Origin: Octopus vulgaris
Lineage: Eukaryota
NCBI GenBank assembly: GCA_951406725.2
Contig: OX597829.1
Location: forward strand, 50,158,001-50,222,000
Direction of reading: 5' to 3'
Length of the DNA stretch: 64,000 nt
Of the stretch, positions 50,546 through 64,000 are shown one piece after another; position 1 is the stretch's first letter, and every line of letters starts with the position of its first letter. A model generated the notes under the pieces. That model saw nothing but the letters and a program-made list of their open reading frames with translations. It was not told where the DNA came from and did no database searches. A program made the position numbers and the translations under genes.

Positions 50546-51698
50546 GAGAGATATATATATATAATCAGAAAATGGAGAAAACCTTAGATCAACGAACACA
50601 TCAACTGAACTATATTTATTGCTTAATATTTAATACAGAACATGGCATAACATTTGTGTCACATAATTGTTATGCCATGTTCAATTTATGTCACATAAAC
50701 GCTATGCCATGTTCTGTATTAAATAATAAGCCATAAATGTGGTCCAATTGATGTTCATGTTGATCTGAGGTTTTCTCCTTTTTCTGATTATTTGTATTTG
50801 TTTCCTGATAAACTTTTGTTTATTCTGTTATTACCTGTACTCTACGAGCATAGCGTACCTGCATACCCATGCCCTGAAATAACATGGATAACAGATACAG
50901 ATATTATAATCGCTAACTCTGCTTACATTTATATATATATATAGGAGTGGCTCTGTGGTAAGTAGCTTGCTTACCAGCCACATGGTTCCAGGTTCAGTTC
51001 CACTGTGGGGCACTTTGGGCAAGTGTCTTCTACTATATCCTCGGGCCAACTAAAGCCTTGTGAGTGGATTTGGTAGACGGAAACTGAAAGAAGCCCGTCA
51101 TATATATGTGTGTGTGTCTGTTTGTCCCCACCCCACCTACATCACTTGACAACCAATGCTGGTGTGTTTACGTCCCCGTAACTTAGCGGTTTGGCAAAAG
51201 AGACCGATGGAATAAGTATTAAGCTTACAAAGAATAAATCCTGGGATCGATTTGGGTGACTAAAAGCGGTGCTCCAGTATGGCCACATTCAAATGACTGG
51301 AACAAGTAAAAGAATAAAAGAATTATAGGTCACTCTGCCACAGATTCAGAATATCCAATCCACTTTTTCTGCTACTGGAACAATTAGGATAAACTGTAAA
51401 TAATGGATAATTATTTGGAAGATTGGGAGATTGGAAGAATGGAGTAGCTGAACTCTTATAAAGAGTAGCATATTGGGTGAGACAAGAGGTCGGCAGGAAT
51501 CACTGAGAGAGCGTTTTGGAGTCTTGTGAAGTACATTGATTTTTACTTTCGTTTTGTTAATTATATATTCAATGTTTGCCAAGGATATAAAAGTTCCTCA
51601 CCAAAGTCTGCTCCAGCTCAGCAGATTTCACTGAAAAGTGACATTTAACAACTCCAGCAACAAATAACAACCAGTAACCGATATAAATTGTACTAATG

Positions 51699-52300
51699 CC
51701 TATTTCTTTACTACCCACAAGAGGCTACACACAGAGGGGACAAACAAGGACAGACAAATGAATTAAGTCAATTACATTTACCTCAGTGCGTAACTGGTAC
51801 TTATTTAATCGACCCCGAAAGGATGAAAGGCAAAGTCGACCTTGGCGGATTTGAACTCAGAACGTAGTGGCAGACAAAATACCTATTTCTTTACTACCCA
51901 CAAAGGGCTAAACACAGAGGGGACAAACAAGGACAGACAAATGAATTAAGTCAATTACATCGACCCCAGTGCGTAACTGGTACTAATTTAATCGACCCCG
52001 AAAGGATGAAAGGCAAAGTCGACCTCGGTGGAATTTGAACTCAAAACATAAAGACAGACGAAATACCTATTTCTTTAATACCCACAAGGGGCTAAACACA
52101 GAGGGGACAAACAAGGACAGACAAACGAATTAAGTCAATTACATTGACCCCAGTGCATAACTGGTACTTATTTAATCGACCCCGAAAGGATGAAAGGCAA
52201 AGTCGACCTCGGCAGAATTTGAACTCAGAACGTAACGGCAGACGAAATACCGCTAAGCATTCTCGCCCGGTGTGCTAACGTTTCTGCCAGCTCGCCGCCT
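51699..52300 (-). mobile_element. SINE family B: head plus three tandem ~184-bp bodies
   Basis: Tail motif CCTATTTCTTTA at 51699, 51882 and 52066. Single head at 52250-52300. Confidence 0.9.
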
Positions 52301-52406
52301 TGTTAGTACAAGGCGGTGAGCTGGCAGAAACCAGCATTGTGCAGTGAGCATGGATTATAACACGTGTCACAATGACCCTTTTTTACCCTTTTTTTACAGC
52401 AACTAC

Positions 52407-52531
52407 CTGTTTATGGACAATCCTATTTCCTTGTACAGCATCTCTACTAATTCAGCTCGGCTTCGGGCAAATCTGGAGAACACTGACATCTTGAATGGTT
52501 TCACACATTCATTTGGCACTATATTAGAAGC
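52407..52531 (-). CDS. CEP104: CEP104 exon, ASNIVPNECVKPFKMSVFSRFARSRAELVEMLYKEIGLSIN(S)
   Basis: 125 nt, tttcag acceptor, gtag donor, phase 0/2. The terminal AG plus the first T of the next exon gives Ser. Confidence 0.85.
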
Positions 52532-52683
52532 CTGAAATTTAAAGCAGATATTTTCTTTCCTTATTAGAGATACAATTACATAATAATAAAAATTATGTAT
52601 GTATGTATGTGTGTGTGTATGTATATATTTGTGTGTGAGTGTGTGTGTATTTGTGCGAGTGTATGTATTTGTATGTGTGTGTG

Positions 52684-52715
<32 letters not shown>

Positions 52716-54317
52716 TGTATGTATGCATTTGTGAGTGTGTGCATATGTATGTATGTATCTGTGTGTGTGTATTTGTGTGTGTGCATGTGTACGTATGTAT
52801 GCAAACATTTATTTGCATGTGTATGTATGTTTTTGTCTGTGTGTATGTATATGTGTGTGAGTGTGTGTGTGTATGTATGTTTGTGTGTGTGTATTTGTGT
52901 ATGAGTGTGTGCATGTACATATTTGTATGTGAGTGTGTATGTGTGTATGTATGTGTGTATGTATGCATGTGTGTATGTATGTGTGTATGTGTATGTATGT
53001 GTGTATGTATGCCTTTGTAAGTGTGTGAATGTAGGGATGGATATGTGGATATACATATCTAAATTAATAAAAGCAAAATTCTACCTGTCCATCTGGGATG
53101 CCTGAATCTCAGCCTACATTTACTCTACATAGACATATTATACCTTTTTGGAATCAGGATGATCCTGGGATCGAAAATTTGGCCTTCATTTGGTTCTTGA
53201 ATATTGGGATCTGATTAAAAAGCATTTGGGTCGCTATTTCTAGACGTCAGAGATCAAGGGGAAGATAAATGACATTTGCTTCGTTAATTTTACATCAACA
53301 TAAGAATTTTGGGACAAATTGGTCAACAGTTTGAATTCAACTTGGAACTGGAACAATAGAATGATTTGCATTGCAGAATTAATTCTCACCCACCCTTAAC
53401 CTCTGACCAAACACTACTGGGTCATATAGTCATTATAGACAAGTGAGATTGTAACTGTGGCCTATCCCAGTGTTGCATGACCAGTCCATTTAAGAGTGCC
53501 CTTCAACTGTTGTGCAATATGCTGGGTTTGACGAAACCTGTTCAGCCAAGTGAAATCGTTGTCATAGCCAATGCCAGTACCACCTGACTGGCACCCATGT
53601 CAGTGGCATGTAAAAAGCACCATTCAAGTGTGGCCGATGCCAGTGCCGCCTGACTGGTTTCCATGCCAGTGGCATGTAAAAAGCACCATTTGAGCATGGT
53701 CGATGCCAGCAGCACCTGACTGGCCCTTGTGCCAATGGCACATAAAAAAAGCACCCACTACACTCTCAGAGTGGTTGGCATTAGGAAGGGCATCCAGCTA
53801 TAGAAACCTTGCCAGATCAGATTGGAGCCTGGTGCAGCCATCTGGTTCGCCAGTCCTCAGTCAAACCATCCAACCCATGCCAGCATGAAAAGCAGACATA
53901 AAACAGTGATGATGATTATGCTATTTAGTTCTCTTTAGTTTTGGTCTGCAGGCCCAATTAGCCCTCTGCAGGAGCTAGCTTAAAATCTGAACAGAGTGCA
54001 GCTTTTAAGATAGTATATATTACAACCGATATATAATTGTCATCCTCATTTTACACTGCCGTGGGTTGGGTGGTTCAAAATGAACAGACAAGTCAGAAGA
54101 CTGCACTTTTCCATGGCTTCACCTGCTGGATGCTGTCCTTCTTCACACCAACCCCTTTACAGAGGGCACCAAGTACTTTTTCATGGCACCAGCACTAGTG
54201 ATGCCACCAAAAACCCACAAGACAAGACCTCCACTCAACTGAGTGATGTACGATAGTGAGGGATAAGAAAATAAGATAAAGCTGTCTTGCTAAGAGGGGA
54301 ATATATGGCTTGCCATC

Positions 54318-54358
<41 letters not shown>

Positions 54359-55436
54359 GTATGCATGTATGCATGTGTGTAAGTATGTATGTATATACAC
54401 AAACATACATTCACATATATATATACATTCCTCCATGTGATCGGCTTGAAAAATTGTTAGGATATTAAGATATTTTTCTTAACATGAAACCAATACACAA
54501 GTAAAGAAATTCCATCCACCAATGCAGTGTTGAGCACTCATTCTCATTGTTTGACACACAAACACACACGCGAGACCACACACACACATACTTTATTATT
54601 AAAGCTGTAAAAACACCAGAAAAACATCAGAAAAAACTGCTTCTCAGAGTTTCACATTACCTTTCATCAGGCAGGGGTACACACAAACACATATATATGT
54701 GTATGTATATGTGTGCTTATGTGTATATATATATGTATGTGTGTGTGTGTGTAAGTATGTGTAAAGGTGTATATAACAGGTATGTGCCACATGTAAATAC
54801 TGAAGCATTACTAATTAGGTCAGGTGAGTAAAATCCCTTCTACTGATACCAAGTGACCCAGCACAACCAGTTTCATGATTGAGTTGGTTGGTGACTAAAC
54901 CAGCAACCCACCACCTGGATTACCAGGTGAGGAAGGTGTTGTGAACACTCAGCAGGATTAAAATCCAAACCCATCAAAGGATGGATGAGCTCATCATGAG
55001 CTAATGGCCATCCACATAAGTTGTGTCTCATAAAAACACCCTGTTTGTGGGCTGGAAGATCATATGAAAGTAATGGGTTGACAAATGACAATATCAGCCA
55101 AAAGAGAAACTAACTGGCATTTTGTTAGTTTTTGTGACATTATGGAGATTGCACCGTGATGACATTTTTGGACAGCTGCTAATCACATGTGTGATGTTTT
55201 TTTTTTACAGAAATTTGATATGATCTACATTTTTGGTTACATCTAAGAACTCCAAAGGTTTGAATGGAGAAAAGTTTCAAACCAAAGACCAAGGGAATCA
55301 GTAATCCACAGAGAGATATATATACAAGTTAAGAATAGCTGCAGAGTAAATGGTTTTGTTCTACAGATTTTCATTAATTCTAAACCCTCAGAAGCAAAGG
55401 TGGAGTTTCTTTGGCAAAGCAGATATTTTGCAATAT

Positions 55437-55496
<60 letters not shown>

Positions 55497-55655
55497 ATGT
55501 ATGTATGTATGTATGTATGTATGTATGTATGTATGTATGTATGCATGAATGTATGCATGCATGTATGTATGTATATGAAACAAACATTAAACTTTTAAAA
55601 TATGCATTTTTAAAGAAACTATAGCAAATATGCAATTTTGCTTTTTCATACTTAC

Positions 55656-55721
55656 CTTAATTTCTGGATACTGTGCAATTTCTAAAATAAATCTTTTGGC
55701 CTCTTCCCTTGTCCTCAATGC
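55656..55721 (-). CDS. CEP104: CEP104 exon (TOG domain), ALRTREEAKRFILEIAQYPEIK
   Basis: 66 nt, tttccag acceptor, gtaag donor, phase 0/0. Resembles vertebrate CEP104 'ARLRVTAANFIQEMALFKEVK' (recalled). Splices in frame to the next exon. Confidence 0.85.
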
Positions 55722-56009
55722 CTGGAAAGAAATATATATTCTCATATATGCACACATATATAACATATATATATATATATATTCTCATATATGCACACAC
55801 ATCATCATCATCATCATCATTTAGCGTCCGCTTTCCATGCTAGCATGGGTTGGACGGTTCAACTGGGGTCTGTGAAGCCAGAAGGCTGCATCAGGCCAAG
55901 TCTGATCTGGCAGTGTTTCTACGGTTGGATGCCCTTTCTAACACCAGCCACTCCGAGAGTGTAGTGGGTGCTTTTTACATGCCACCCACACATATATATA
56001 TATGTGTGC

Positions 56010-56063
<54 letters not shown>

Positions 56064-56338
56064 GACAGATAGATAGGTAGATAGACATGCATATGATATA
56101 CAAGAAGGTGCTAAAAAATTCCTGGCTCTAAAGGTATCGCGAAAGGCCTGGTTGAAGGCCCAACCTTGAGTTCTTCTACAAGACTTAGAAAAACTTCTAC
56201 AAGGCTTAGAAAAAGGTGTGAACTAGCTTGTTCACTCTTTGGCCTATCGACTTCAAGTTGGTATGATTTTAATATATTCAGCCTTCTGGCCTCATCTCGA
56301 GGCCCTGTTCTTACCTCTTCCCTTCCCTTATTTTATTT

Positions 56339-56392
<54 letters not shown>

Positions 56393-57484
56393 TATATTTA
56401 TATATATACACATATATATACATATAGAGGCACTGGCATGGCTGTGTAGTAAAATTTTGGCTTCCCAACCAAATGGTTCTGGGTCCATTCTCATCGACTA
56501 AAGACTTGTGAATCAATTTGGTAGACAAAAACTGAAAGAAGCCTATTGTATATGTATATACATTTATATCTATACCTATGTGTGTCTTTGCATTTGGTTT
56601 TTTTCCCCTCACCATTGCTTTAATAACCGGTGTTGGTGTGTTTGCATCCCCATAACTTAGCAGTTGGGAAAAAGACACTGATGGAATAAGTAGCAGGGTA
56701 AGAGAAATGAGTAAAAGAATAACAAAAGGCCTACAAACAAAAACAAACGCATATATCTACACACACATGAACATATAAATATGTGTATTGTGATATACAT
56801 GTGTGTGTGTGTGTGTGTGTGTGCACACGCACATGCACGCTCGCATGTGCATATTCAAGTTCAGAGAGGTTAGAAAAACAATGAAAGACCGGATAATTAA
56901 GATGTCACATAAGGTCAGAATAATCTACTTGTCACTTAAAACTATTTATGTCTGACAGAAAAACTGAAGGTTTATGTCACCATAAACCACATGTCATCTT
57001 GCATGGCTTCTAATATCTTGGAATTAAAATTACTGTGAATGAAAACATAGCAATGCATCTCTTTCATAATGCTGAAGAAATCGAGTGAGTTTTTAAACAC
57101 ATGAAAATATAAGCCAGAGAGTTAATCATATATATATATAGATTGTACGATGCATGTGTGCAAACTGCCATGCTTCACAGTAGTGAAACATGGGCTGTGA
57201 CTGCAGAAGACATGCGTAGGCTTGAAAGAAATGAAGCTAGCATGATCCGCTGGATGCGTAATGTCAGTGTGCACACACGACAGAGTGTAAGCGTCCTGAG
57301 AGAAATGCTGGACATAAGAAGCATTGGATGTGGTGTGCAAGAGAGACGTCTGCGCTGGTGTGGTCATGTACGATGGATGCTTGAGAAGAGATGTGTGAAG
57401 AAGTGCCACTCCCAAACAGTTGAAGGAATAGAAATTGTAGTTGTGATATCTGTGCTGATGGCACGTAAAAAGCACCATCCAAAA

Positions 57485-58054
57485 GTGGCCGAAAGATGCC
57501 ATGCGTGTAACAAGATCTTCATCCACGTAAAACGATGTTGTGTGTATGGTGGGACTGGGAAGGGATTATCCATTATGAATTGCTTGAATGGAACCAAACG
57601 GTCAACACAGATGGAATGACTCAACGTGGCTATTCAAGAGAAAAGACCTAATCAGCAGCATGGAGTTCCTATGCTGCATGACAACGCCTGCCCTCATATC
57701 GCCAATATAACCAAGAAGGCCATTCAAACGTATGGCTGGGAAGTGCTTCCCCACTTGCCGTACTCTCCTGATTTGGCACCAATGGATTTCCACCTCTTTT
57801 GATATCTTTCAGATGCTATGCGCGGAGTTTCATTCAATACTGTTGCAGAGTTGAGAGCTTTGTTGGATCAATTTTTCAAGTCGAAATCAGGTGATTTCTA
57901 CCAACGAGGTATTGAAAAGCTTGTTGAATATTGTGAAGAGTTTGTAAACAACAAGGGTGAATACATTATTGATTAATTAGTTGTTATATTTTTTATTAAA
58001 CCTTTTAAAAAATTGAAATTTTAAAAAATGGCGGGAAATTAGTTGCCAACCCAG
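57485..58054 (+). mobile_element. Mariner (DD34D) 3' fragment with right TIR
   Basis: 'LHPRKTMLCVWWDWEGIIHYELL', 'HDNACPH', 'WEVLPHLPYSPDLAPMDFHLF'. Ends TTGCCAACCCAG|TA. Confidence 0.85.
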
Positions 58055-58549
58055 TATATATATATATGTGTGTGTGTGTGTTTGTGTGAACATAAATGTT
58101 CATGTACAAAGACAGAGAAAACCTCCAAAGATGTATTGAGTATTTATATATTAGCCTGGAATGTTTTTCTTTTATTCAGCAATAAAGATTATATATTTAA
58201 ATACGTAATTATTTATCATATAATTGACATCATTTTCAGAGCAATTATTATTATTTTTTTTAACAATAACTATATATTGTTTTCCCCCCATTTCTTAAAA
58301 ATACAACATTTCAAGTGTTTTCATTTCGCTATAGTAATTTTAAAAATATTTTTGGCAATAGATGTCTGTATGCATTATTATTATTATTATTTTATTGCAT
58401 GATTAGACGACAAATTTGGGCAGAAAAATTAAGGAGAAAAAATTAAAATAAAAACTAAAGCTAAAGAGAAGACAGAAATGGGGGGAAATGTTGAGATAAA
58501 CAGCTTAAATTTTCAACTGTCTGCCTGTTTGTTTACCTATTTATTAGTC

Positions 58550-59232
58550 TGACTATGTATCTATCAACCAATTTATCTATCAACCAATTTATCTATCTAT
58601 CTATTCATCCATCTATCTATTTATCTTTCTATCTGTCTGACTGTCTATCAACCCATCCATCCATCTATTTATCTGTCTATCAACTCATCCATCCATTTGT
58701 CTGTCTATCTATTTATCTGACTGTCTGTCGATCTATCTATCTATCTAATCTAATCTACACATCTATGTATGTATTCATGTATCTGCCTGTCTATCTATCT
58801 ATCTGTCTATGTATATTTCTACCTACCTATCTGTCCATCTGTTTGTCTGCATCTGTTTATTTACTTACCTACCTACCTATCTAGCTGTTCATCTATCTAT
58901 CCACCCATCTATCTATCTACCTACTTACCTACCTATCTATCTATCTATCTGTGTGTCTATCTATCTATCTCCATCCATCCATCAATCTATCTATCTGTCT
59001 GTCTATCTACCTATCTATTTATCTATCTATCTACCTACCTACCTATCTGACTATCTATCTATCTATCTATCTATCTACCTATCTATCCACCCATCTATCG
59101 ATCTATCTACTTACTTACCTACCTATCTATCTGTCTGTCTATCTATCTATCCCCATCCATCAATCTATTTATCTATCTGTCTGTCTATCTATCTATCTAT
59201 CTACCTACCTACCTACCTACCTACCTATCTGA

Positions 59233-59269
<37 letters not shown>

Positions 59270-59425
59270 AATCTGTCTGTCTGTGTATCTTCCTACCTAC
59301 CTACCTACCTGTTCATCTGTATATCTTTCTATCTCTCTGTATCTGTCTACCTACCTACATATCTGTTCGTCCATCCATCCGTCCATCCCTCCCTCCCTCC
59401 ATCTGTCTGTCTATTCATCCATTTA
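58550..59425. repeat. (CTAT/CCAT/CTAC)n tetranucleotide array
   Basis: Direct reading. Confidence 0.95.
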
Positions 59426-61020
59426 ACTATTTATTTCAAGATAAAGTCGTCATGTTAGTCACTGTTGCTGCTTGGTATCATGAATCAAGCTGGCTGTGTG
59501 CGGCTATAACAGGAACAAAATTCATGACCATTTAACTATATATTTATCTTCGGGAAGGCTAAACATTATACATACATAAATTATCCCATACACACTAGCA
59601 ACTAGACTTAGGATATTGAGATTGACTTTCATACTGTCTGGATTCTGCAGACATTAACAGCTTATTTAAGAGATAAAAAAGAATTGGTCTTGAATGAAAA
59701 TCAAGATGTATGTTTATCTAAATTTACACACATTTCTGACTTGCTTGTTGCAAAAACTGAAATAATGTCTCTTTAACTGTGCTTACTCAGCCATTTGTTA
59801 TTTTGGCAGTAAAAGACAAAAAGCTATGAGTTTGCTCCATCTTACTGAAGCTTTGTCTTTGATTTGTGGCGGTGAGAGGTGAAGAAATTTTGAGTTCATG
59901 GTATTAAATAGAGAAGAGCCTTGGAAAAATGTGATTTTCATAACACAGCCAGGCAAGGACCAAAAATCATGTATGGCTTTCTATTGGGTCTCTGAAGCCC
60001 TGTGGTTTCCCTGGCCTGCTTGGCAAGAGCTTTGGCGTGTGTTTCCCTCAGTTGCCCTCAACACTCTGTGCATAGATGTTCACAGATACTGCTTATCACA
60101 AGAGAAAAGTATGTGAATCTCAAGGACATTCATTTTTGTTCTAACCGTGGCATCATCTCCTGCAGGACACTTGGTTGATAAAGGAGGTGTTTGCATTAAG
60201 AATGCATGCATGTACTGAATGTGAGCAACCATGTATGTATGCAGTGCTGAATTGACCATTAAGCAAAATAAGCATGTTTTTAGGGCATTAAGAGAAAAAG
60301 GGGCACCACAGAAATGGTAAATGGCTTACAGCACAAAAGAAATCACTTTAAACTTGCTAAAATAATATTCTGGATGCCTTAACTCCATTAAGTATAGTTT
60401 TACATAAAATTAATTTTAACGATATCATCAAGGACTTTGCAAGTAAAAAAAAAATGGAGAAAACTTTTCAAATATAAATAAAATGGAAGCATAAAATGAT
60501 GATGATGACGATTGTAGTGGTGGTGGTGGTGGTGGTAGTGGTGATAATGATGATGATGATGGTGCTGGTGCTGGTGACGATGATTGTGATTGTGATAATG
60601 AGGATGATGATGATGATGATGATGATGACAGTGGTGATGTTATGATGGTGGTGGTGGTGATGGTGATGATTGTAATGGCGATGAAAATAATGATAATTGT
60701 GGTGGTAACGACGATGACAATGATGATGACAATGGTGAGGTGGTGGTGATGATGGAAATGATGATGATGAAGATGGAAGTGGTGTTACAATGGTGGTTGA
60801 TGACAACAACAATAATAATGATGGTGATGATGATGACGACGATGGATGATGAATAACGACGATGATGATGACAATGGATGATGATGAAGAGCAATGATGG
60901 TGATGATGAAATACCATATCCTGATATTGTGTGGAGAGAACGGATGATCCCTTCTGACAGGTCACACAAGTATGAATGTCAGTGTAGCTTCTCATGCTAA
61001 GCCTGCTCTCTTCTAAACAG

Positions 61021-61157
61021 GTGGTTGTAAGGTTGCCTCGGTGTAACGATCAGTACAACAACAACAACAATACAGTTTAAAGCAGAGACGCAGGTTCTGA
61101 ATTCGCACACCAGTGATGTCACAATGCGTTCACTGCTGCTGCTGCATCTACTGTTAC
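61021..61157 (+). other. Candidate exon of an antisense gene: 5' UTR plus MRSLLLLHLLL (ATG at 61124)
   Basis: Branch-like GCTAAG, pyrimidine tract and CAG acceptor, GTAAGA donor, A at -3 of the ATG, phase-1 end. Confidence 0.35.
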
Positions 61158-61799
61158 GTAAGACGTGCATGTGAGAGTGCGTGCGTGCGTGCGTGCACGT
61201 GTGCATGCATATGCGTGGGTGCACATGCATGTGTGTGAGAGTATTTCTGTGGAGGATTTTTTTTTTATTGTTTTCTTTTGCCGAGCAGTGGTGGTGGTGG
61301 TGTGGGGTGGGGTGGGGGTATAGCGATCCATTGGGAAGAAAAGAGAGAATGATGGTGATGATGATGATGATGATGAGTGGTGATGTTATGATGGTGGTGA
61401 TGGCAGTGATGATGATGATGATGACGACGACGATGATGACAATGACGATGATGACAATGACGATGATGACAATGATGATGATGATGATGATGATGACGAC
61501 GATGGTGCATTCAACAAAATGACTTAATATCTGTCTCTTGCTGTGCGTGTGTGCATGCATGCATGTATGTGTGTGCGTGTGTGTGCGTGTGTGAGCATAC
61601 ATGCGTGTGTGAGAGCATTTCAGTGGGGAGTTTTTTGTTGGGGGTTTTTTTTTACGGGGGGGTGTATGGGGTGGGGTGGGGGGGAGCATTGCAGTCCCTT
61701 GTCAAGAAAAGATAGCATGAGCTGACTCTAGCACAAGCAAGGATCAAAATAAATTAATATCTGTCTCTTTCTGTGCTTTGCTCTTTCTTTCTCTCTGTA

Positions 61800-62445
61800 T
61801 ATGTGTGTGTGCGTGTGTATGTGTGCATGTGTGTGTGTGTTTATGTGTGCATATGTATGTGTGTGTGTATGTGTACATATGTGCGTACAGGTATGGTGTG
61901 TGTGTGTGTGTGTGAGTATGCGTGAGTGCGTAAGTTTGTGTGTAAGTGTGTGTGTATGTGCGTGGTGTGAGTGTAGGTGTGTGAGTGTGTGTGCATGTAT
62001 GTGTGTATGGTGTGAGTGTGTGTGTGTGCGAGTGTTTATGTGTGTGTATGTGCGTGTGTGCATGTATGTGTATGGTGTGTGTGTGTGTGTGTGCGAGTGC
62101 TTATGTGTGTGTATGTGTATGGTGTGTGTGTGTGCGAGTGTCTATGTGTGTGTATGTGTGAGTGTGTAAGTTTGTGTGTATGTGTGTGGTGTGAGCTAGG
62201 TGTGTGAGTGCATGTGCATGTTTGTGTGTATGGTGTGAGTGTGTGTGTGTATGTATGTGCGTGTGATGTGAGTGTAGGTGTGTAAGTGTGTATGTAAGAG
62301 TATGTGTATGTTTGCATATGTATGTGCATGTGTTTACATGAGAGTGTGTGTATGTGTGTGTATACACGTGATTGTGTGCATGCATGCATGTATGCACAAG
62401 CATGCATGCATACGTACATGTGCATCCGAGCATGTGTGCATGAGA
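61800..62445. repeat. Degenerate (TG)n/(TATG)n array; similar arrays at 52595-53030 and 32900-33370
   Basis: Direct reading. Confidence 0.9.
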
Positions 62446-62861
62446 GTATTTCAGTGTAGTTTGGTGGATCAGACACAGAAACTATTATTCTCCAAATTAT
62501 GGAAGAGTCATAACAAATTTTTTTTTTGGGGGGGGGTGTAATATGTCCCCTAAAATAGTTAATTGAATAGCATTGGCTGTATGGGGCGGAGAATTTGGTT
62601 AAAATATCCATGACCCCACAAACAGGGATACTACAAGTTCAAATTCTAAGGAAAGAGAAAATGAGCCAACTCTATCTGCATGGATCAAGATAACTTAATC
62701 TTTACTCTCTCTCTCTCTCTCTCTCTCTTTACCTCTTTCTTCCTTTCTTTCTTCTCTCTCTCTCTCTGCCTCATTCTTCCTAACTTTTTTCTTCTCTCTT
62801 CTTCCTCTCTCTCTCTGCCTCTTTCTTCTCTCTTCTCTCTCTCTCTGTAAATGTGTATGTA

Positions 62862-62893
<32 letters not shown>

Positions 62894-63278
62894 CACATGT
62901 GTTTGTGCATGTATTCATGTGTACATGTGTATGCATGTGTGTATGCGTGAGTGTAGTAAACGCAGATGGCTTAGTGGTTAGGGTTATGCAGCTCGTGGTC
63001 GTAAGGTCATCAGTTCAATTCCTGGTGGTGCGTTGTATCCTTGAGCAAGACACTTTATTTCCTGTTGCTTCAGTCCACTCAGCTGGCAAAAATGAGCTGT
63101 ACCAGTAATTCAAAAGGTGCCCACTTTGTAACATTCTAAGACATACTGAATCTCTCAGAGAGCTATGTTAAAGGTACACATGTCAGTGGGGTGCTGAACA
63201 TTAATTTCAAGAGCAGGCTGTTCCATTGATTGAATCAACTGAAACACTCACTATCTTAACCAATGGAGAGTCAAGCCA

Positions 63279-63309
<31 letters not shown>

Positions 63310-64000
63310 ATGTATTTAAGTTTACAAGCAAGAGGACAAGTGTTCAATACAAACAAAAGTAGTGTGTATTTATTTATTGGGAGTGATGAGAATACTTTTG
63401 TCAGTTTTGCAAATGTTTTTTTTTAATTAACTAAAGAGATGTTACATGAATGGCAATATTCATGAAACAGGTGTGACTGTGTGGTAAGAAGTTTGCTTCC
63501 CAAACACATGATTCCAGGTACAGTCCCACTGGGTGACACCTTGGGAAAACGTCTACTACTATATATTCTTACTCTAGGCACAAAGCCCAGAATTTTGGGG
63601 GAAGGATGAAAGGCGAAGTCGACCTCGGCAGAATTTGAACTCAGAACATAAAGACAGATGAAGAGAAAGTAATATTAATATAGTATTCGAGCAGGGTGCT
63701 ATTCTGCAGCAAATTGGCAGGTAAACTAAGCTTACACACTATGTATGTGTGACCAATAATGTTTACATTATTGGAGCTGCTTTTAATAAGAAATTTTATT
63801 TATTAAAAATTCCGGTAGCACATGAAGAAGCTTTCGAGCAAGGTTGTTGCCAGTGCCGCTGGACTGGCTCCTGTGCAGGTGGCACATAAAAAACACCATT
63901 TGAGCTTGGCCGTCGCCAGTACTGCCTGACTGGCCCTTGTGCCAGTGGTATGTAAAAGCACCCACTACACTCTCAGAGTGATTGGCGTTAGGAAACGTAT

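Noticed and set aside
59760-60240. Possible upstream CEP104 exon
   Set aside because: No frame gave the expected TOG sequence with a matching acceptor and donor. The upstream exon is probably beyond the window.

Overview
AT-rich, microsatellite-dense animal genomic DNA. The SINE/LINE repertoire looks like Octopus (coleoid cephalopod); this is inferred from repeat sequences, not verified. The window lies inside one large minus-strand gene, CEP104. Six phase-consistent GT-AG exons can be read (55656-55721, 52407-52531, 42933-43179, 9167-9259, 6024-6068, 3604-3776), covering the end of the TOG domain, the coiled-coil and the linker before the Zn fingers. The introns hold transposon material: three tRNA-derived SINE families, a near full-length RTE LINE with many 3' fragments, mariner/maT relics, Helitrons, TTAA MITEs, CR1 and Dong/R4 fragments, and Penelope-like pieces with hammerhead cores. 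Best observations: (1) a full-length U2 snRNA copy fused to the 3' tail of the dominant SINE; (2) an ORF1-only Tx1/L1-like element inserted with a 7-bp TSD into the tRNA-like head of that SINE; (3) a PHD finger inside the RTE reverse transcriptase; (4) unrelated long fold-back elements next to (TA)n tracts; (5) a Penelope 3' region joining a tRNA-like module to a minimal hammerhead; (6) SINE body multimers with a fixed junction; (7) a ~120-bp duplication flanking a SINE; (8) a candidate antisense signal-peptide exon. Most ORFs in the supplied track are microsatellite artefacts. Coordinates of degraded repeats are approximate.
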